Below, piece after piece: positions 45,347-55,701 of a DNA stretch of 64,000 nt. The translations under genes and the position numbers were made by a program. Each line of letters starts with the position of its first letter. The first letter of the stretch is position 1. The stretch is from positions 320,001-384,000 of the forward strand of contig CBDAOB010000002.1 of assembly GCA_965197905.1 (NCBI GenBank), read 5' to 3'. The notes under the pieces are model-generated. The model searched no databases. It saw only the letters and a list, made by a program, of their open reading frames with translations, and was not told where the DNA came from. This DNA comes from Candidatus Latescibacterota bacterium. GTDB taxonomy: Bacteria; Latescibacterota; UBA2968; UBA8231.

Positions 45347-48300
45347 TTAGGAAGGCGAACGGAGTTTGTGGGGTGCAAATGTGGATCGACGTCGCAAGGC
45401 GGATGCCACGATCTTGCGACTGAACTCGCGCACATCGTCCAGAAGGGTGTAACACAACGGTACGATAAGGAGCGTCAGCACCATCGACGCCAGAAGCCCG
45501 CCCATCATCGTACGTCCGAGCGGGGCGTAGTTGGCGCCGATCACCTTGCTGTTGCCGATAGCCATCGGAACGAGGCCGAAAATGGTGGTGAAGGTAGTCA
45601 TCAAGATGGGCCGAAAGCGGTGTCGCCCTGCCTCGATCAGAGCGTCGAACCGCTTCAAGCCCTCGGAGCGCAGGCGATTGGTGAGGTCCACCAGCACGAT
45701 GGCGTTGTTTACGACTACCCCCACGAGTATCACCGTGCCGATTCGGGACATGTCGTCGAACGTCGTTCCCGTTGCGTAGAGCGTCCAGTAGACCCCCAGG
45801 AAAGAGAACGGAATAGCGATAATGACCGAAAGTGGCAGTACAAACGATTCGAACAGCAGTCCCATCAGCAAGAACACGAAGGTCACCGCCAGAACAATGG
45901 CGAACTGTTGCGATGCGTCGCTCTCTTGCATGCGTACATAGCGTGCCCCCTTGTCCCAGCGATATCCGCGCGGCATCTCGAACCCTTCCATCGCCAGATC
46001 GATCTGCTCGAAGAGGTTCTCGGATTCTTCTTTCGTTGCCGTGGCAGTTACCGCCACCATCGTCTGCCGGTTGTGGCGGCGGATGCGACCGATGCTCTGG
46101 TTTACGTAGAACGAGCCCAGCGATTTCAGCTGCACCTGCTTGCCGTCCACGGTTGGAAAGCTCAGGTTGCGCAAGTGTTCCATGTTGCTGATGTCTTCTT
46201 CCTGCAGGCTCATGCGCATAACCAGCTCGCCGCGATCTGTCCGGAAGCGACTCAACTCAACGCCGCGAAGTTGGTTCGACGGCCATCGGATCCCGAGATT
46301 GCTTGAGATAGTTCTGGCTTCGATGCCGTACTGATCGAGCTTGGCCCGGTCGAGTCGAACCTGCAGCTCAGAGTTCCCTCCCACGGCCATTTCCGTATAC
46401 ACCCGCTCCAAACCCTCAATACCCAAGAGGCGACGTTCTACTTCCTCGGCCAACGCGGTCAATAGCCGCGTCTCGTGGCCGTAAAGATTCAGCGTCACGG
46501 AGGCGTCCTGACCGGTGCGCTCGCGGTTCATGGTCAAAACGATGCCGGGCTTCGACGGGATGCGGCTCTTGATATCCTTGACGACATCCTCATATTCCAT
46601 TCCGGTCTTTTCACGAAGACCAAGCTTGTCGACAATCTCGTAGAAAGCCACGCTGTACCACTCGAGGTTCTCCCCTTCTTTCAACACCACGCCGGCTCCA
46701 CCGCGCCCGGTCGTATACCAGATCCTGACGACGTCGGCGTTGTACTCGTCTCTGTGGTTCATCAGGGTATCCTCGACGCTGTCCATATAGTCGCCCAGCG
46801 CTTCCACGGAAAGTGCCGGTGGCACGTCGAACCTCATGTGAATCCAGCTGCGCCGATTCTGCTGGTCGGTTTTCTTCATGCCTTCGATGGGGATGTAAAT
46901 GGACCCCATCAAGAGCAGCACGACGATGAGTCCGTCCAGACGATGGTTGAGCGCAAATCGCAGGCAACGCAGGTACCGATCGCGTAGTTTGGCGATCAGT
47001 CTCAGCTCTTCCTTTTCTTTCTCGGTAGAAAGACGCTGCGCCGCCAAGGGAATGAAGATCAAAGCGATAAATAAGGAAGCCAGCAGGCCGACGATCACTG
47101 GCAAGCCGATGCGAAACATCCAGAAGGCGAACGATTCTTCATCGCTCATGAGAATCAATGGCAGGAACACGACCACAGTAGTCAAGGTCGCTATGGTTAC
47201 AGCGAGTCCCACTTCGCCGGCGCCCTCGATGGATGCCCGGCGCGCCCCTGTTCCAGACTGCTGCTTGCGATAGATGTTTTCCACGATAACGATGCCATTA
47301 TCGACCACCAGTCCGAGACTCAACATCAATCCCATCATCGTCGCGATATTGAGCGACCAGCCAGCAAAGTAGAGAACAGTTATCGTTACCAGTATCGACA
47401 GTGGAATCGCCAGCACGATCAGCATTGTCATACGAACCGCCCGGAGGAAGAAGAACAGGATCAACGCCGCGAAGAGCCCTCCCCACAACCCCGACTTCTT
47501 CAGATTTTCGATCGACTTGACGATATACTCTCCCTGATCCCACACAATCTCGATGTTGACTTTGTCGAAAACGGGATCGGACTTGAGCTCCTCCAGCAAC
47601 CCGCGTATGGCGGTCGTTACGGCAACTACGTTTCCCACGGCCGTGCGCTGAACGCCCATCCACATAGCTTCGTTGCCGTTGGTACGGTTGTACCAGTCTT
47701 TCTTCGCCTGCTGCATGTGAACATTGGCGACTTCGGACAGCCGCAGATCGAACTCGGAGTCGAGAACCAGGTCGCGAATCTCTTCCAGAGAATCGAGGCT
47801 GGCCACGGAGCGGACATAGAGCCGCTTGCCGCCATCGCGGACGGTTCCGCTGGGGAAGATGAAATTCTGATTCCGAAGCTTGTCTACGACGTCGATCAGG
47901 TTCGCCTTGTGGCTTTCAACCTTGCGCTGGTCCAGCTGAATCAGAACCTCTTCTCGAGGCACCCAGGTTTTGATGTTGGCGACGCCGTCGATACGTTCTA
48001 GCATCGGTTTGAGCTGACTCTCCACCAGGGCCATAGGCTGGGTGACCCCCGGTTGGAAATTGATGTTCATCCACATGATCTCGTCGTCGTCGTCGCTGTC
48101 CCATTTTCCCACTGTAATCGGTCCGTACGGCAGTTCGGGTGCGAGCCGGTCCATGCGCTCGGTGAGCTCGCCCCACGCCCGCGACATGTCAGCGTCGGCG
48201 CGAAAATAGATTTTGGCGATAGCCCGTTCCCGCATTCCGGCCGTTTCGAACTCCTTGACTTGCCCGAGGGTAGCCAGCGCCGCTTCTAGAGGCAGGACAA

Positions 48301-48508
48301 TCGACCGTTCCGTCTCTTCGGGGCTGGCGTTGGGATACGGTATCCACACCCAAAGGCGTTTGTCATCGCGCCCCCTAGGTACGAGGTTGAGCGGAATTAG
48401 GGTGTAAGCAATGTAGCCCACCACTAGTAGCGCAGTGAGGATCATCACCACAGTCACCGGCCGGTCGACCGACAGGCGTGGCAACAGATAATCGCGTTTT
48501 TTGGTCAC
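45347..48508 (-). CDS. RND efflux transporter permease (AcrB/AcrD/AcrF family)
   Basis: 1053 aa; SVDRPVT, LGLVVDNGIVIVENI, TTVVVFLP, GVVVNNAIVLVD and RFRPILMTT. Confidence 0.93.
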   Translation of the reverse strand: MTKKRDYLLPRLSVDRPVTVVMILTALLVVGYIAYTLIPLNLVPRGRDDKRLWVWIPYPNASPEETERSIVLPLEAALATLGQVKEFETAGMRERAIAKIYFRADADMSRAWGELTERMDRLAPELPYGPITVGKWDSDDDDEIMWMNINFQPGVTQPMALVESQLKPMLERIDGVANIKTWVPREEVLIQLDQRKVESHKANLIDVVDKLRNQNFIFPSGTVRDGGKRLYVRSVASLDSLEEIRDLVLDSEFDLRLSEVANVHMQQAKKDWYNRTNGNEAMWMGVQRTAVGNVVAVTTAIRGLLEELKSDPVFDKVNIEIVWDQGEYIVKSIENLKKSGLWGGLFAALILFFFLRAVRMTMLIVLAIPLSILVTITVLYFAGWSLNIATMMGLMLSLGLVVDNGIVIVENIYRKQQSGTGARRASIEGAGEVGLAVTIATLTTVVVFLPLILMSDEESFAFWMFRIGLPVIVGLLASLFIALIFIPLAAQRLSTEKEKEELRLIAKLRDRYLRCLRFALNHRLDGLIVVLLLMGSIYIPIEGMKKTDQQNRRSWIHMRFDVPPALSVEALGDYMDSVEDTLMNHRDEYNADVVRIWYTTGRGGAGVVLKEGENLEWYSVAFYEIVDKLGLREKTGMEYEDVVKDIKSRIPSKPGIVLTMNRERTGQDASVTLNLYGHETRLLTALAEEVERRLLGIEGLERVYTEMAVGGNSELQVRLDRAKLDQYGIEARTISSNLGIRWPSNQLRGVELSRFRTDRGELVMRMSLQEEDISNMEHLRNLSFPTVDGKQVQLKSLGSFYVNQSIGRIRRHNRQTMVAVTATATKEESENLFEQIDLAMEGFEMPRGYRWDKGARYVRMQESDASQQFAIVLAVTFVFLLMGLLFESFVLPLSVIIAIPFSFLGVYWTLYATGTTFDDMSRIGTVILVGVVVNNAIVLVDLTNRLRSEGLKRFDALIEAGRHRFRPILMTTFTTIFGLVPMAIGNSKVIGANYAPLGRTMMGGLLASMVLTLLIVPLCYTLLDDVREFSRKIVASALRRRSTFAPHKLRSPS

Positions 48509-48633
48509 GGCAGTGGGATGCTACTCACTAGCTGCTGGCTAGGCAGGATGACAATAAGAGGCCGCAGGCGCGTAGCGCGAGGGATAGGAGTGAGTCGTAC
48601 TGAGGGATACGAGGCTCACGTAGGGCTGAGTCT

Positions 48634-49563
48634 CTACTTTGGCAGACCGACGTCGTAGAAAACCTGGTTGATCTTCCATGAGCCGCTTTTGCGACTGGCC
48701 AGCCAAACTACGTGGCGGTCGAGGCTGTGTTCGGCAGGCCCTTTGTCGTATTTGGTAGTTACCGTCTCCCTGGTTACGGCAACCGCCTCCTGACCGTTGT
48801 CGCCTAGGGTAGCATAGACCACATTGCGATCAATCTCGTACTTGGCGTTTCCCAGTCGTTTCGTGAGCCAGCCTTCCCAATCCTCGGAATGGCCGAAGAT
48901 GATTTTCCACTTTGCCGGCTTCACCTCTTTTTCGCCGCTGTAGGCCGCCAGCTTTTCGGTGTAAAAGCCGGCGATCGATCCTGGACTGCCCTGCTCCCAC
49001 GCTTCCTTCTCCTGCTCTAGCAGCTCGGTCAATTCGGGAACGGGATCAAAGGGTCGGGTCACGCCCACAGTCGTGGAGTCACCCAGATTCTGCACGTATC
49101 CTGATACCAGCCACTCATCGTCAATCTTGTCGAAGAACCACAGTCGTTCCTCCCACAGCGGCTCAGGATTTCCCGTCGCCTTGTCGATGACAACACCGGA
49201 ATCGACGGTGGTCGCAATCGCTTTTTCGTGCTGGGGTGCCAACACGAGGATGAACGGCATCACCCGGTCGAAGTCGAAGCGCTTGGCCTGCAGCTCGATA
49301 GGAAGCGATCGACCGAGATCGGCTCGACTCTCATGGAGAACGGACCAGCCTCGCGGATCGATGGTCCCGTGACCTTCGTACACGGCGATTTCCTCCGTAT
49401 AACTCTCCAGCATCTGCTCGGTGTTGCCGCGCCGCTTGGCAAACTTCTCGTTGTCGATGGTCTTGCGGATCAGAATGGTCTCCGGTGTTTCGGCGGCTTT
49501 GGCGTGCGTCCCCAGTATGCCCACCATGATTGCTCCAACTCCGACGCATCTAGTGATTCTCAT
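48634..49563 (-). CDS. exported hypothetical protein, possibly two NTF2/SnoaL-like domains
   Basis: Signal peptide from MRITRC with SD GAGGAG; two similar halves ending WFFDKIDDEWLVS and WLASRKSGSWKIN. Confidence 0.6.
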   Translation of the reverse strand: MRITRCVGVGAIMVGILGTHAKAAETPETILIRKTIDNEKFAKRRGNTEQMLESYTEEIAVYEGHGTIDPRGWSVLHESRADLGRSLPIELQAKRFDFDRVMPFILVLAPQHEKAIATTVDSGVVIDKATGNPEPLWEERLWFFDKIDDEWLVSGYVQNLGDSTTVGVTRPFDPVPELTELLEQEKEAWEQGSPGSIAGFYTEKLAAYSGEKEVKPAKWKIIFGHSEDWEGWLTKRLGNAKYEIDRNVVYATLGDNGQEAVAVTRETVTTKYDKGPAEHSLDRHVVWLASRKSGSWKINQVFYDVGLPK

Positions 49564-49868
49564 GACAATCTCCTCAATTTCGCAATCCCTACTTCTCTTC
49601 AAGCGTGTCGTGATTTCCCTCAACCTGGACAGGGAGACCAGAACTAATATCACCAACGTCGGTCTGCAGCGCGAGGTCTTCCTCAAAGCCTTGGGGCAGA
49701 GGGATTTATATGCGCTATGGTGCGGCTGCAATGGCCTGCCTCCTAGCTCTGGCTGATCAGTTTCTCTTCCATCAAGGCCTGGATATTCGCCTCTGAGCAC
49801 ACGCCTTCGATGTCTTCGACCTATTCATTCTGCATGTGAAAATCCCCTATAGTTGAATCTGCGGACAC

Positions 49869-50594
49869 TCAGTGTTGCGCTTCCTTCAAGTACTCGTGGA
49901 GTGTTCGAGGGTCCGGCAGTGGCATCCCGACAACCCCGCACGCCACCGCCCGTTCCAGTTGCTCCCGCGTCCGCACAGTGGTGGATAGTATGAACAATCC
50001 GCTAGCCGCACACGATGCGGTCAGCTCGGAATTCAAAAGCTCGTTCCAGATTACTATATGATGAGCTCCCAACTCGCGCGCGCGCTCAATATTCTCCTGG
50101 CTCGGCTCCAGGCAGGTGAAACCAACACCGATATCAGGTGCCAGCTGTTTCACAAGTGCGAGGGATTCGGAATTTCTTCCTATTACATAAACCTGCTCCG
50201 AACGCCCACAATTCTGAACGACCTCCACTAGCTGCTCGACGACGTCCGGACCTTTTATGTCCAGCAGGTAGTTGACCCTGGCGCCGCAAACGTCGAATAG
50301 CTCCGCCAATGTTGGAATCCGCTCGTCCGCAAATTCAGCATCGAACCAGCTTCCAGCGTCGAGCCGCTTGAGATCATCGAGATCTAGATCGCCGACGGCT
50401 CCCTGCCCGTCCGTGCTGCGGTCAACGGTTCCATCGTGCAGAAGAACGAGGTGCCCGTCTCGTGACATGCGGAGATCCACCTCGATCCATCCGATGCCGT
50501 ACTCCATCGTACGTTTGAAGGAAGCAAGGGTATTCTCGGGCGCATATCCCTCTCCGCCTCTATGAGCTACATCCCAGAAACTGTCGCTACTCAT
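49869..50594 (-). CDS. glycerophosphodiester phosphodiesterase family protein
   Basis: VAHRGG..APENTLASF, IEVDLRMSRDG..LHD and IPTLAE. Confidence 0.92.
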   Translation of the reverse strand: MSSDSFWDVAHRGGEGYAPENTLASFKRTMEYGIGWIEVDLRMSRDGHLVLLHDGTVDRSTDGQGAVGDLDLDDLKRLDAGSWFDAEFADERIPTLAELFDVCGARVNYLLDIKGPDVVEQLVEVVQNCGRSEQVYVIGRNSESLALVKQLAPDIGVGFTCLEPSQENIERARELGAHHIVIWNELLNSELTASCAASGLFILSTTVRTREQLERAVACGVVGMPLPDPRTLHEYLKEAQH

Positions 50595-50607
50595 GGCATT
50601 TCCTCCT

Positions 50608-51585
50608 TCAGCTGCGATACCAGGCGATCGCTTCTTCGAGCGCGGTTCGAATCGAAGTATATGTAATGTTGAGCTCGCGTTCGGCCTTGCTACCGTCCGC
50701 GTCGATCCCCTCTTTGATGGTTCTCATCTGATCGACGGCCATTCCCCACCTTGGTGTCTTCTTCGTGATGTTCGACATGGCTGTAAGAGCAGCTGCGTTC
50801 AGCGTGACGAGTGGTCCGGGCATCTGCATCCTGGGCAACGGCACGCCTGAAATCTCGCTGACCATTCGGTTGAATTCGCGCATGGTCAAGCGCTCGCCGC
50901 AAACCAGGTACTTTTCACCCACGTTCCCCTCTTTCTCCAGCGCCCGCACGATGGCTTCCGCTACATCTTTGACGTGTACCCACGTTATGGTCGAGTCGTC
51001 GAACACCCGGGTCGGAAGTCCCCGGTTGATGAGGTCTAACACGTATTGACCGCTGGCCTTCGTGTCTCCTGGCCCCACGACCCCGCCGGGATAGACCATC
51101 AATACCGGTAGCTTCTTTTCTTGGTGAAGCTTCCATGCGATGAGGTCCCCCACGTGCTTGGTACGGGCGTACTCGCTGAACTGCACCGGACCCATCGGTG
51201 TCTCTTCCGTGAACGGCAGCTCCGCCGGCTTGCCGTAGGTCACAACCGAGCTTACGTGGGCAATCTTGGAGACACCGGTCTCGAGGGCCGCCTCCATGAC
51301 ATTCCGCGTACCTTCGATGTTGACCTCGGTGTAGATCTCCCGCCGCGGCTCCCAAAAGGAGTAGACGTTAGCGAGGTTTGCTACCCAATCGCAACCGTTC
51401 ATCCCGTTTAGCAAAGACACCCGGTCGGTCACGTTGCCGATCACGAGGGTCGCCCCTAGCTTTTCCAACTCGACCACATTGCTTGACGCTCTGACCAGGC
51501 AAGAGACCTGGTGGCTCGTAATGGAAAGTCGCCTGACCAGGTGAAGACCGATGAATCCCCTTGCTCCGGTTACCAGAATCTTCAT
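50608..51585 (-). CDS. NAD-dependent epimerase/dehydratase (dihydroflavonol reductase/HpnA-like)
   Basis: TGARGFIG, VNIEGTRNV, YARTK and VHVKDVA. Confidence 0.9.
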   Translation of the reverse strand: MKILVTGARGFIGLHLVRRLSITSHQVSCLVRASSNVVELEKLGATLVIGNVTDRVSLLNGMNGCDWVANLANVYSFWEPRREIYTEVNIEGTRNVMEAALETGVSKIAHVSSVVTYGKPAELPFTEETPMGPVQFSEYARTKHVGDLIAWKLHQEKKLPVLMVYPGGVVGPGDTKASGQYVLDLINRGLPTRVFDDSTITWVHVKDVAEAIVRALEKEGNVGEKYLVCGERLTMREFNRMVSEISGVPLPRMQMPGPLVTLNAAALTAMSNITKKTPRWGMAVDQMRTIKEGIDADGSKAERELNITYTSIRTALEEAIAWYRS

Positions 51586-51956
51586 GGGTTTTCGTTTTCC
51601 GTAGTCAGAATCACCACGGAGGCTTGGTCACCAAGATCGATGTTGACCGTTCCCGGTCCAACCGCCAAGACGCTCTGTTGTGAGTCTGTGCACCGCTGCG
51701 ACGACCGTCCACCTTCCGCTTCAACATCGATGCCGACGGTTCCGGTACACCGCCAGCTCAGCCGTATACGACCATCCGGTAGATTGTAGGCACCGCTATT
51801 GTCGATGCGCGCAGAAATACCAATCGGGAGAGTATCGCCCGGCGCCAGCGTAGTGGAGGGCTCTCCAATGTTGGACGTTGTGACCTTTTTCTCGGTGGAG
51901 CAACCGGCACGTAGAATAAATGTCAGCAGGAAAATAAGAAACGTGGCTCTGGTCAT
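51582..51956 (-). CDS. hypothetical lipoprotein-like protein
   Basis: Hydrophobic N-terminus ending AGC; ATGA overlap with the downstream gene. Confidence 0.5.
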   Translation of the reverse strand: MTRATFLIFLLTFILRAGCSTEKKVTTSNIGEPSTTLAPGDTLPIGISARIDNSGAYNLPDGRIRLSWRCTGTVGIDVEAEGGRSSQRCTDSQQSVLAVGPGTVNIDLGDQASVVILTTENENP

Positions 51957-52010
51957 CGGGTTCTTATCCTGTTCCAGGCGAAGGCGTGGAGCTTGCGTAC
52001 TCTTCCTCGC

Positions 52011-52880
52011 TCAATGCTGCTCCGAATGATCGAAGTCGATTGCCAGCGCATCTCCCACTGCTCGATAGCCGATCTTGGCATATATGCTGTTCGAGGTGGG
52101 ATTGGCCAGGTCGGTATAAAGGCTGCAGAACGAATATCGTTCGGAGAGCAACTTCCGAGTCAGGGAATGGACACATGATGTGGCGTATCCTTTGTTCCGA
52201 TTTCCTGCAGGAGTATACACTTTGTTGATGGTGATTCCATGCCGGGTAGCACGGGATTCCGCGGCCAGCGAAACAGGCTCGCCATCTTCCCATATATACA
52301 GCTGCTGCTCCTCGATATATCTGATCGTGCTGCTCTTGGCCTTTGCAAGATCGGTCGTTTCGCCGATCGCGTCCGAAAAATCATGTACCCATTGCGTCAT
52401 GAGATCGCAATCGGCCATCGACGCGACCCGCAGGAATCCTGAAGATAGAGGAAGATCCGAGACATCCCGAATCTCGAAGACACGCATCCGCATAGAGATG
52501 TTGACCGAGAACCCGGGCACCTCTCTCAACCAGGCATCTACAAAAGCAGTGGCTTCAGAGGCGGGTCCGACAACACCAGGCGTAAGCGCATCGCTGGAAT
52601 GTAGGTGTGCCGCGATCCCGGCGGTGCACACCTCGTGGCTCGCTTCCAATCGACTCAGGATGATCCTCTTCGGAGGTGTCATAACCGCAACGCCTGCAGG
52701 CTGGCCGTCGTCCAGGACGCTAAGTAAAAGCGCCGGTTCGGGACCGTAGTAAAGTGGGTTTTCAGCCAGCGTGTAAACGAGTCCTAGAGGCAGACTGTTT
52801 TCACTCTCGCGGTTCTCGAGGAACGACCCGGAGAGTGAAATGAGCTGGCGCGCATTGGAATGTGATAAAATCTCGATCAT
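52011..52880 (-). CDS. GNAT family N-acetyltransferase
   Basis: VYTPAGNRNKGYA and LYTDLANPTSNSIYAKIGY. Confidence 0.9.
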   Translation of the reverse strand: MIEILSHSNARQLISLSGSFLENRESENSLPLGLVYTLAENPLYYGPEPALLLSVLDDGQPAGVAVMTPPKRIILSRLEASHEVCTAGIAAHLHSSDALTPGVVGPASEATAFVDAWLREVPGFSVNISMRMRVFEIRDVSDLPLSSGFLRVASMADCDLMTQWVHDFSDAIGETTDLAKAKSSTIRYIEEQQLYIWEDGEPVSLAAESRATRHGITINKVYTPAGNRNKGYATSCVHSLTRKLLSERYSFCSLYTDLANPTSNSIYAKIGYRAVGDALAIDFDHSEQH

Positions 52881-52887
52881 GAGTCGG

Positions 52888-53733
52888 TCAGGGAGCTAGC
52901 GCCCGCGCTACCTCTTGATGGATCCAGTTAGCTGATGCCCGGGCAAAAAGCCAAAGTCGAACGCGCTCGCTATCCACCTCCAGCAGATCGGCGAATCGTT
53001 GCACAAGTCCTAGCGGATCCGCCCGCAACCGTTTCTCACAATTGAAGAGATGCTGGGTTGCATCGTACGCCGGATCCCCGACGAACGGCTTCGGATCGAT
53101 GACCAGCCATGGCTCACGCTGCGCCTCGAGCACGTTGCCGGCATGCAGGTCGGTCGCCAATAGCACCTGTCGGGAAGCCGTACGTGGAAGTTCCTGAAAC
53201 AACCGAAGTGCCTCTCGGACCAGGCCAGGGTCGAACCACTGCTCCTCCTTTTTGAGTGTCGATTCGCTCCAGTGGTCTAGCATGGCGGTCAACGGACGGA
53301 ACGGATGAGGCTCGGCCGGCGTGCGCCAGAGTCTTCGCAACATTCGGGCCATGACGACATCCTGCTCGGGCTCGGATCTTGCACGCAGCACTGTCCCTGG
53401 CTCACAGCGCTCCATTAACATCGCGTTGCGATCGACGTCTTCCTCCAGAAGCCACACGGTTGGGTCGCCGTTCCAGAAGCGTATTCCGTGAATCTCATGC
53501 ATCGCTTCCATGTGGGGCATCCCGAGCTTGATCATCGCAGTGGAGCCGTCCGCGCGCGTTACGGGGGCCACCCAGGAGCAGGTAACTTCGTCCCCGTCGA
53601 TGGGCGCACCGAGGTTGATGGACCAGCGCCGTTCCAACTCATGAAGAGCGCCGGGAAGTCCTTTGAGCCACGTCATTCTTTCCGGGTTACCTTCGCAATA
53701 ATTTTCTATTTTTTTTGGGATCGGTATGTCCAT
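52888..53733 (-). CDS. aminoglycoside/hydroxyurea phosphotransferase family (APH(6)-like) kinase
   Basis: MLMERCEPG, DLHAGNVL and WLVIDPKPFVGDPAYD. Confidence 0.85.
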   Translation of the reverse strand: MDIPIPKKIENYCEGNPERMTWLKGLPGALHELERRWSINLGAPIDGDEVTCSWVAPVTRADGSTAMIKLGMPHMEAMHEIHGIRFWNGDPTVWLLEEDVDRNAMLMERCEPGTVLRARSEPEQDVVMARMLRRLWRTPAEPHPFRPLTAMLDHWSESTLKKEEQWFDPGLVREALRLFQELPRTASRQVLLATDLHAGNVLEAQREPWLVIDPKPFVGDPAYDATQHLFNCEKRLRADPLGLVQRFADLLEVDSERVRLWLFARASANWIHQEVARALAP

Positions 53734-53794
53734 GTGACAGCTCGAATACACACGGGCGGGAAGAACGAAGGACGGGGCCACCTAGCCAAAGAGC

Positions 53795-54616
53795 CTAACT
53801 CAAAGGGATTAGGTACCGCTCTCGATTCGAAAAAGCGACCTCGGCCTCAATGCCGGACTCGCGAAGAATATCAGCTGCCTCGTCGAAGTGGTCGCCGATC
53901 TCCTCGAATTTGTGCGAGTCGCTCCCAATACTCACTACCCTTCCCCCTAACTCCACGTACCGCTCGATCGTCCATGGGGCCGGCATAGGTTCCCCCACAT
54001 TGTCTCGCAAGGTGCTCGTATTGATCTCTGGTGGAATATCCGCGGCAATCGTTGTTCGCAACACCTCGTCCACCAGATCTCCGTGCCGGCGAATATCGAA
54101 GGTGTTCCAGAAGCGTTGTGAATACCGCTTGGCCAGGTCCATGTGACTCAACACGTCAAACGGTCGCTCACCCTTCTCCTTCAGTGCCAGACAGAATTTC
54201 AAAGCGCACAGCACCTCTTCCAGGTAGAATCGGGTCAGTTCGTGACAGTCGGTCCAGTGATCCTTGACATGCGCAGGTTTGCCATCACACCAGTGAATGC
54301 TGAGAAGAACGAGGTCGAATTCGCGATTCGCCAAATATTCGAGGATCTCCGACATGACGATAGGCTGGTAACACACCTCGATGCCAAGCCCTATCTCCAA
54401 CCGGCCGGCAAACTCCTCTCGCAGCGCAAGAACCGATTCAGAGATGGCGGAGTAGTCCCAAATGCAACTTGGGCGGTCCTGCGGATGCATATCGTAGTGC
54501 TCGGTAAACGTAAGTCCACTCAACCCGCGGGCTATCGCCTGGAGGCAATTCCCCCTCGGATCGGCCTCCGAATCGATGGAGAAGCGAGAATGCAAATGTT
54601 GATCGCGCAGGTTCAT
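53795..54616 (-). CDS. PHP-family histidinol-phosphatase (HisJ/HisK-like)
   Basis: DQHLHSRFSID, FTEH, SHMDL, EINTS and IGSDSH. Confidence 0.88.
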   Translation of the reverse strand: MNLRDQHLHSRFSIDSEADPRGNCLQAIARGLSGLTFTEHYDMHPQDRPSCIWDYSAISESVLALREEFAGRLEIGLGIEVCYQPIVMSEILEYLANREFDLVLLSIHWCDGKPAHVKDHWTDCHELTRFYLEEVLCALKFCLALKEKGERPFDVLSHMDLAKRYSQRFWNTFDIRRHGDLVDEVLRTTIAADIPPEINTSTLRDNVGEPMPAPWTIERYVELGGRVVSIGSDSHKFEEIGDHFDEAADILRESGIEAEVAFSNRERYLIPLS

Positions 54617-54701
54617 CAGTTGGAAAACACCTGTGTGGAGTGAATAGTGTCAAAGTATTTCTCATCGTCATGCGAGAGTTCTCTTCTGTGACCCGCACCT
54701 G

Positions 54702-55682
54702 TTAGAATGCTGCCATCCACGTGGGCCGCGATGGTGGAGAAAGCACCTCGAGGTGGATATAGAGTTTCTTGATATCCGGATTTCCGATGGTTTCCTTCAC
54801 GCCCTGCGCATATTGATGCAACAAGACTGGGTAGGGTTGGTTCGCTTGCTGTTCCGGATTCAACGTAACTGGATCCAAACCAAGGTCATGTAGCCCCGCC
54901 TGGTAGATCTCCGAGATCTGCGAAGCGATGGCTGACCATTGACCTATCTGCTTATGGCCCTTTTGAATGAGAGGCAAACAGGTGGCAGCGGGTCCGGAAA
55001 GACGACTGAATTCTCGATACAGCCATTTGTGATACGGCGCGTATTGGTGAGCCAGTAAGAAACCGACCTTCATGGCGTAGGTAGAAAATCGACACCAATA
55101 CATCGAAGCAGCGATTTCGTCGCCTCTGGCTTCCGCTCGCGGCAGATGTTTGGCACCCCACTCGCCAAGCCAGGCGAGGCAAGCACTGAGCCTTTTCTTC
55201 CATACGTCGCTCGGATACGCCTCAAAAGATTGAAATCTCTTGGTGGCTTCCTCGGTAGCATCGTAGAAAACGGGACGGTGCGTTATCTCAAAGAGGTGCT
55301 CTTCGGGAATGTGAAGCCAGTCGACGTCACGTTCCGGTGCGGTCGCGCATCCAACGACCGAGGTTACGTACTCGTCGAGCTGCTCAACCGCACATGACCT
55401 CTTCGGAGACTTTGACCAACCTAGTCCGTTGTATTCTTGCGGCAGTCGATCGAGTACCTCCTGCAAAGACCGGGCGAATCGTTCGTGCGCAACCCCAGAT
55501 AGCCAGACTCCGAATCCTGGACCCCAAGCGTGGTCTCGAGATATCTCGTCATCGTTACCATGGCATTGCGAACCTCCAAACATGCCCGCCGCCATGAACC
55601 GAGTGCATTCAGGAAGGTCTCTCCGGATGGCTGGGAGACCAATATTCATGAAGAATTGCTCGCAAAGATCGCGTCCCTTCAA
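54702..55682 (-). CDS. DUF4037 domain-containing protein
   Basis: MKGRDLCEQFF, GSQCHGNDDEISRDHAWGPGF, WLHIPE and YAPYHKWL. Confidence 0.82.
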   Translation of the reverse strand: MKGRDLCEQFFMNIGLPAIRRDLPECTRFMAAGMFGGSQCHGNDDEISRDHAWGPGFGVWLSGVAHERFARSLQEVLDRLPQEYNGLGWSKSPKRSCAVEQLDEYVTSVVGCATAPERDVDWLHIPEEHLFEITHRPVFYDATEEATKRFQSFEAYPSDVWKKRLSACLAWLGEWGAKHLPRAEARGDEIAASMYWCRFSTYAMKVGFLLAHQYAPYHKWLYREFSRLSGPAATCLPLIQKGHKQIGQWSAIASQISEIYQAGLHDLGLDPVTLNPEQQANQPYPVLLHQYAQGVKETIGNPDIKKLYIHLEVLSPPSRPTWMAAF

Positions 55683-55701
55683 CGTTCCTAACTCCTATTC
55701 T

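Noticed and set aside
52888..53733. Calling a streptomycin resistance gene (strB)
   Set aside because: Only family-level motifs are visible, and the substrate cannot be inferred.
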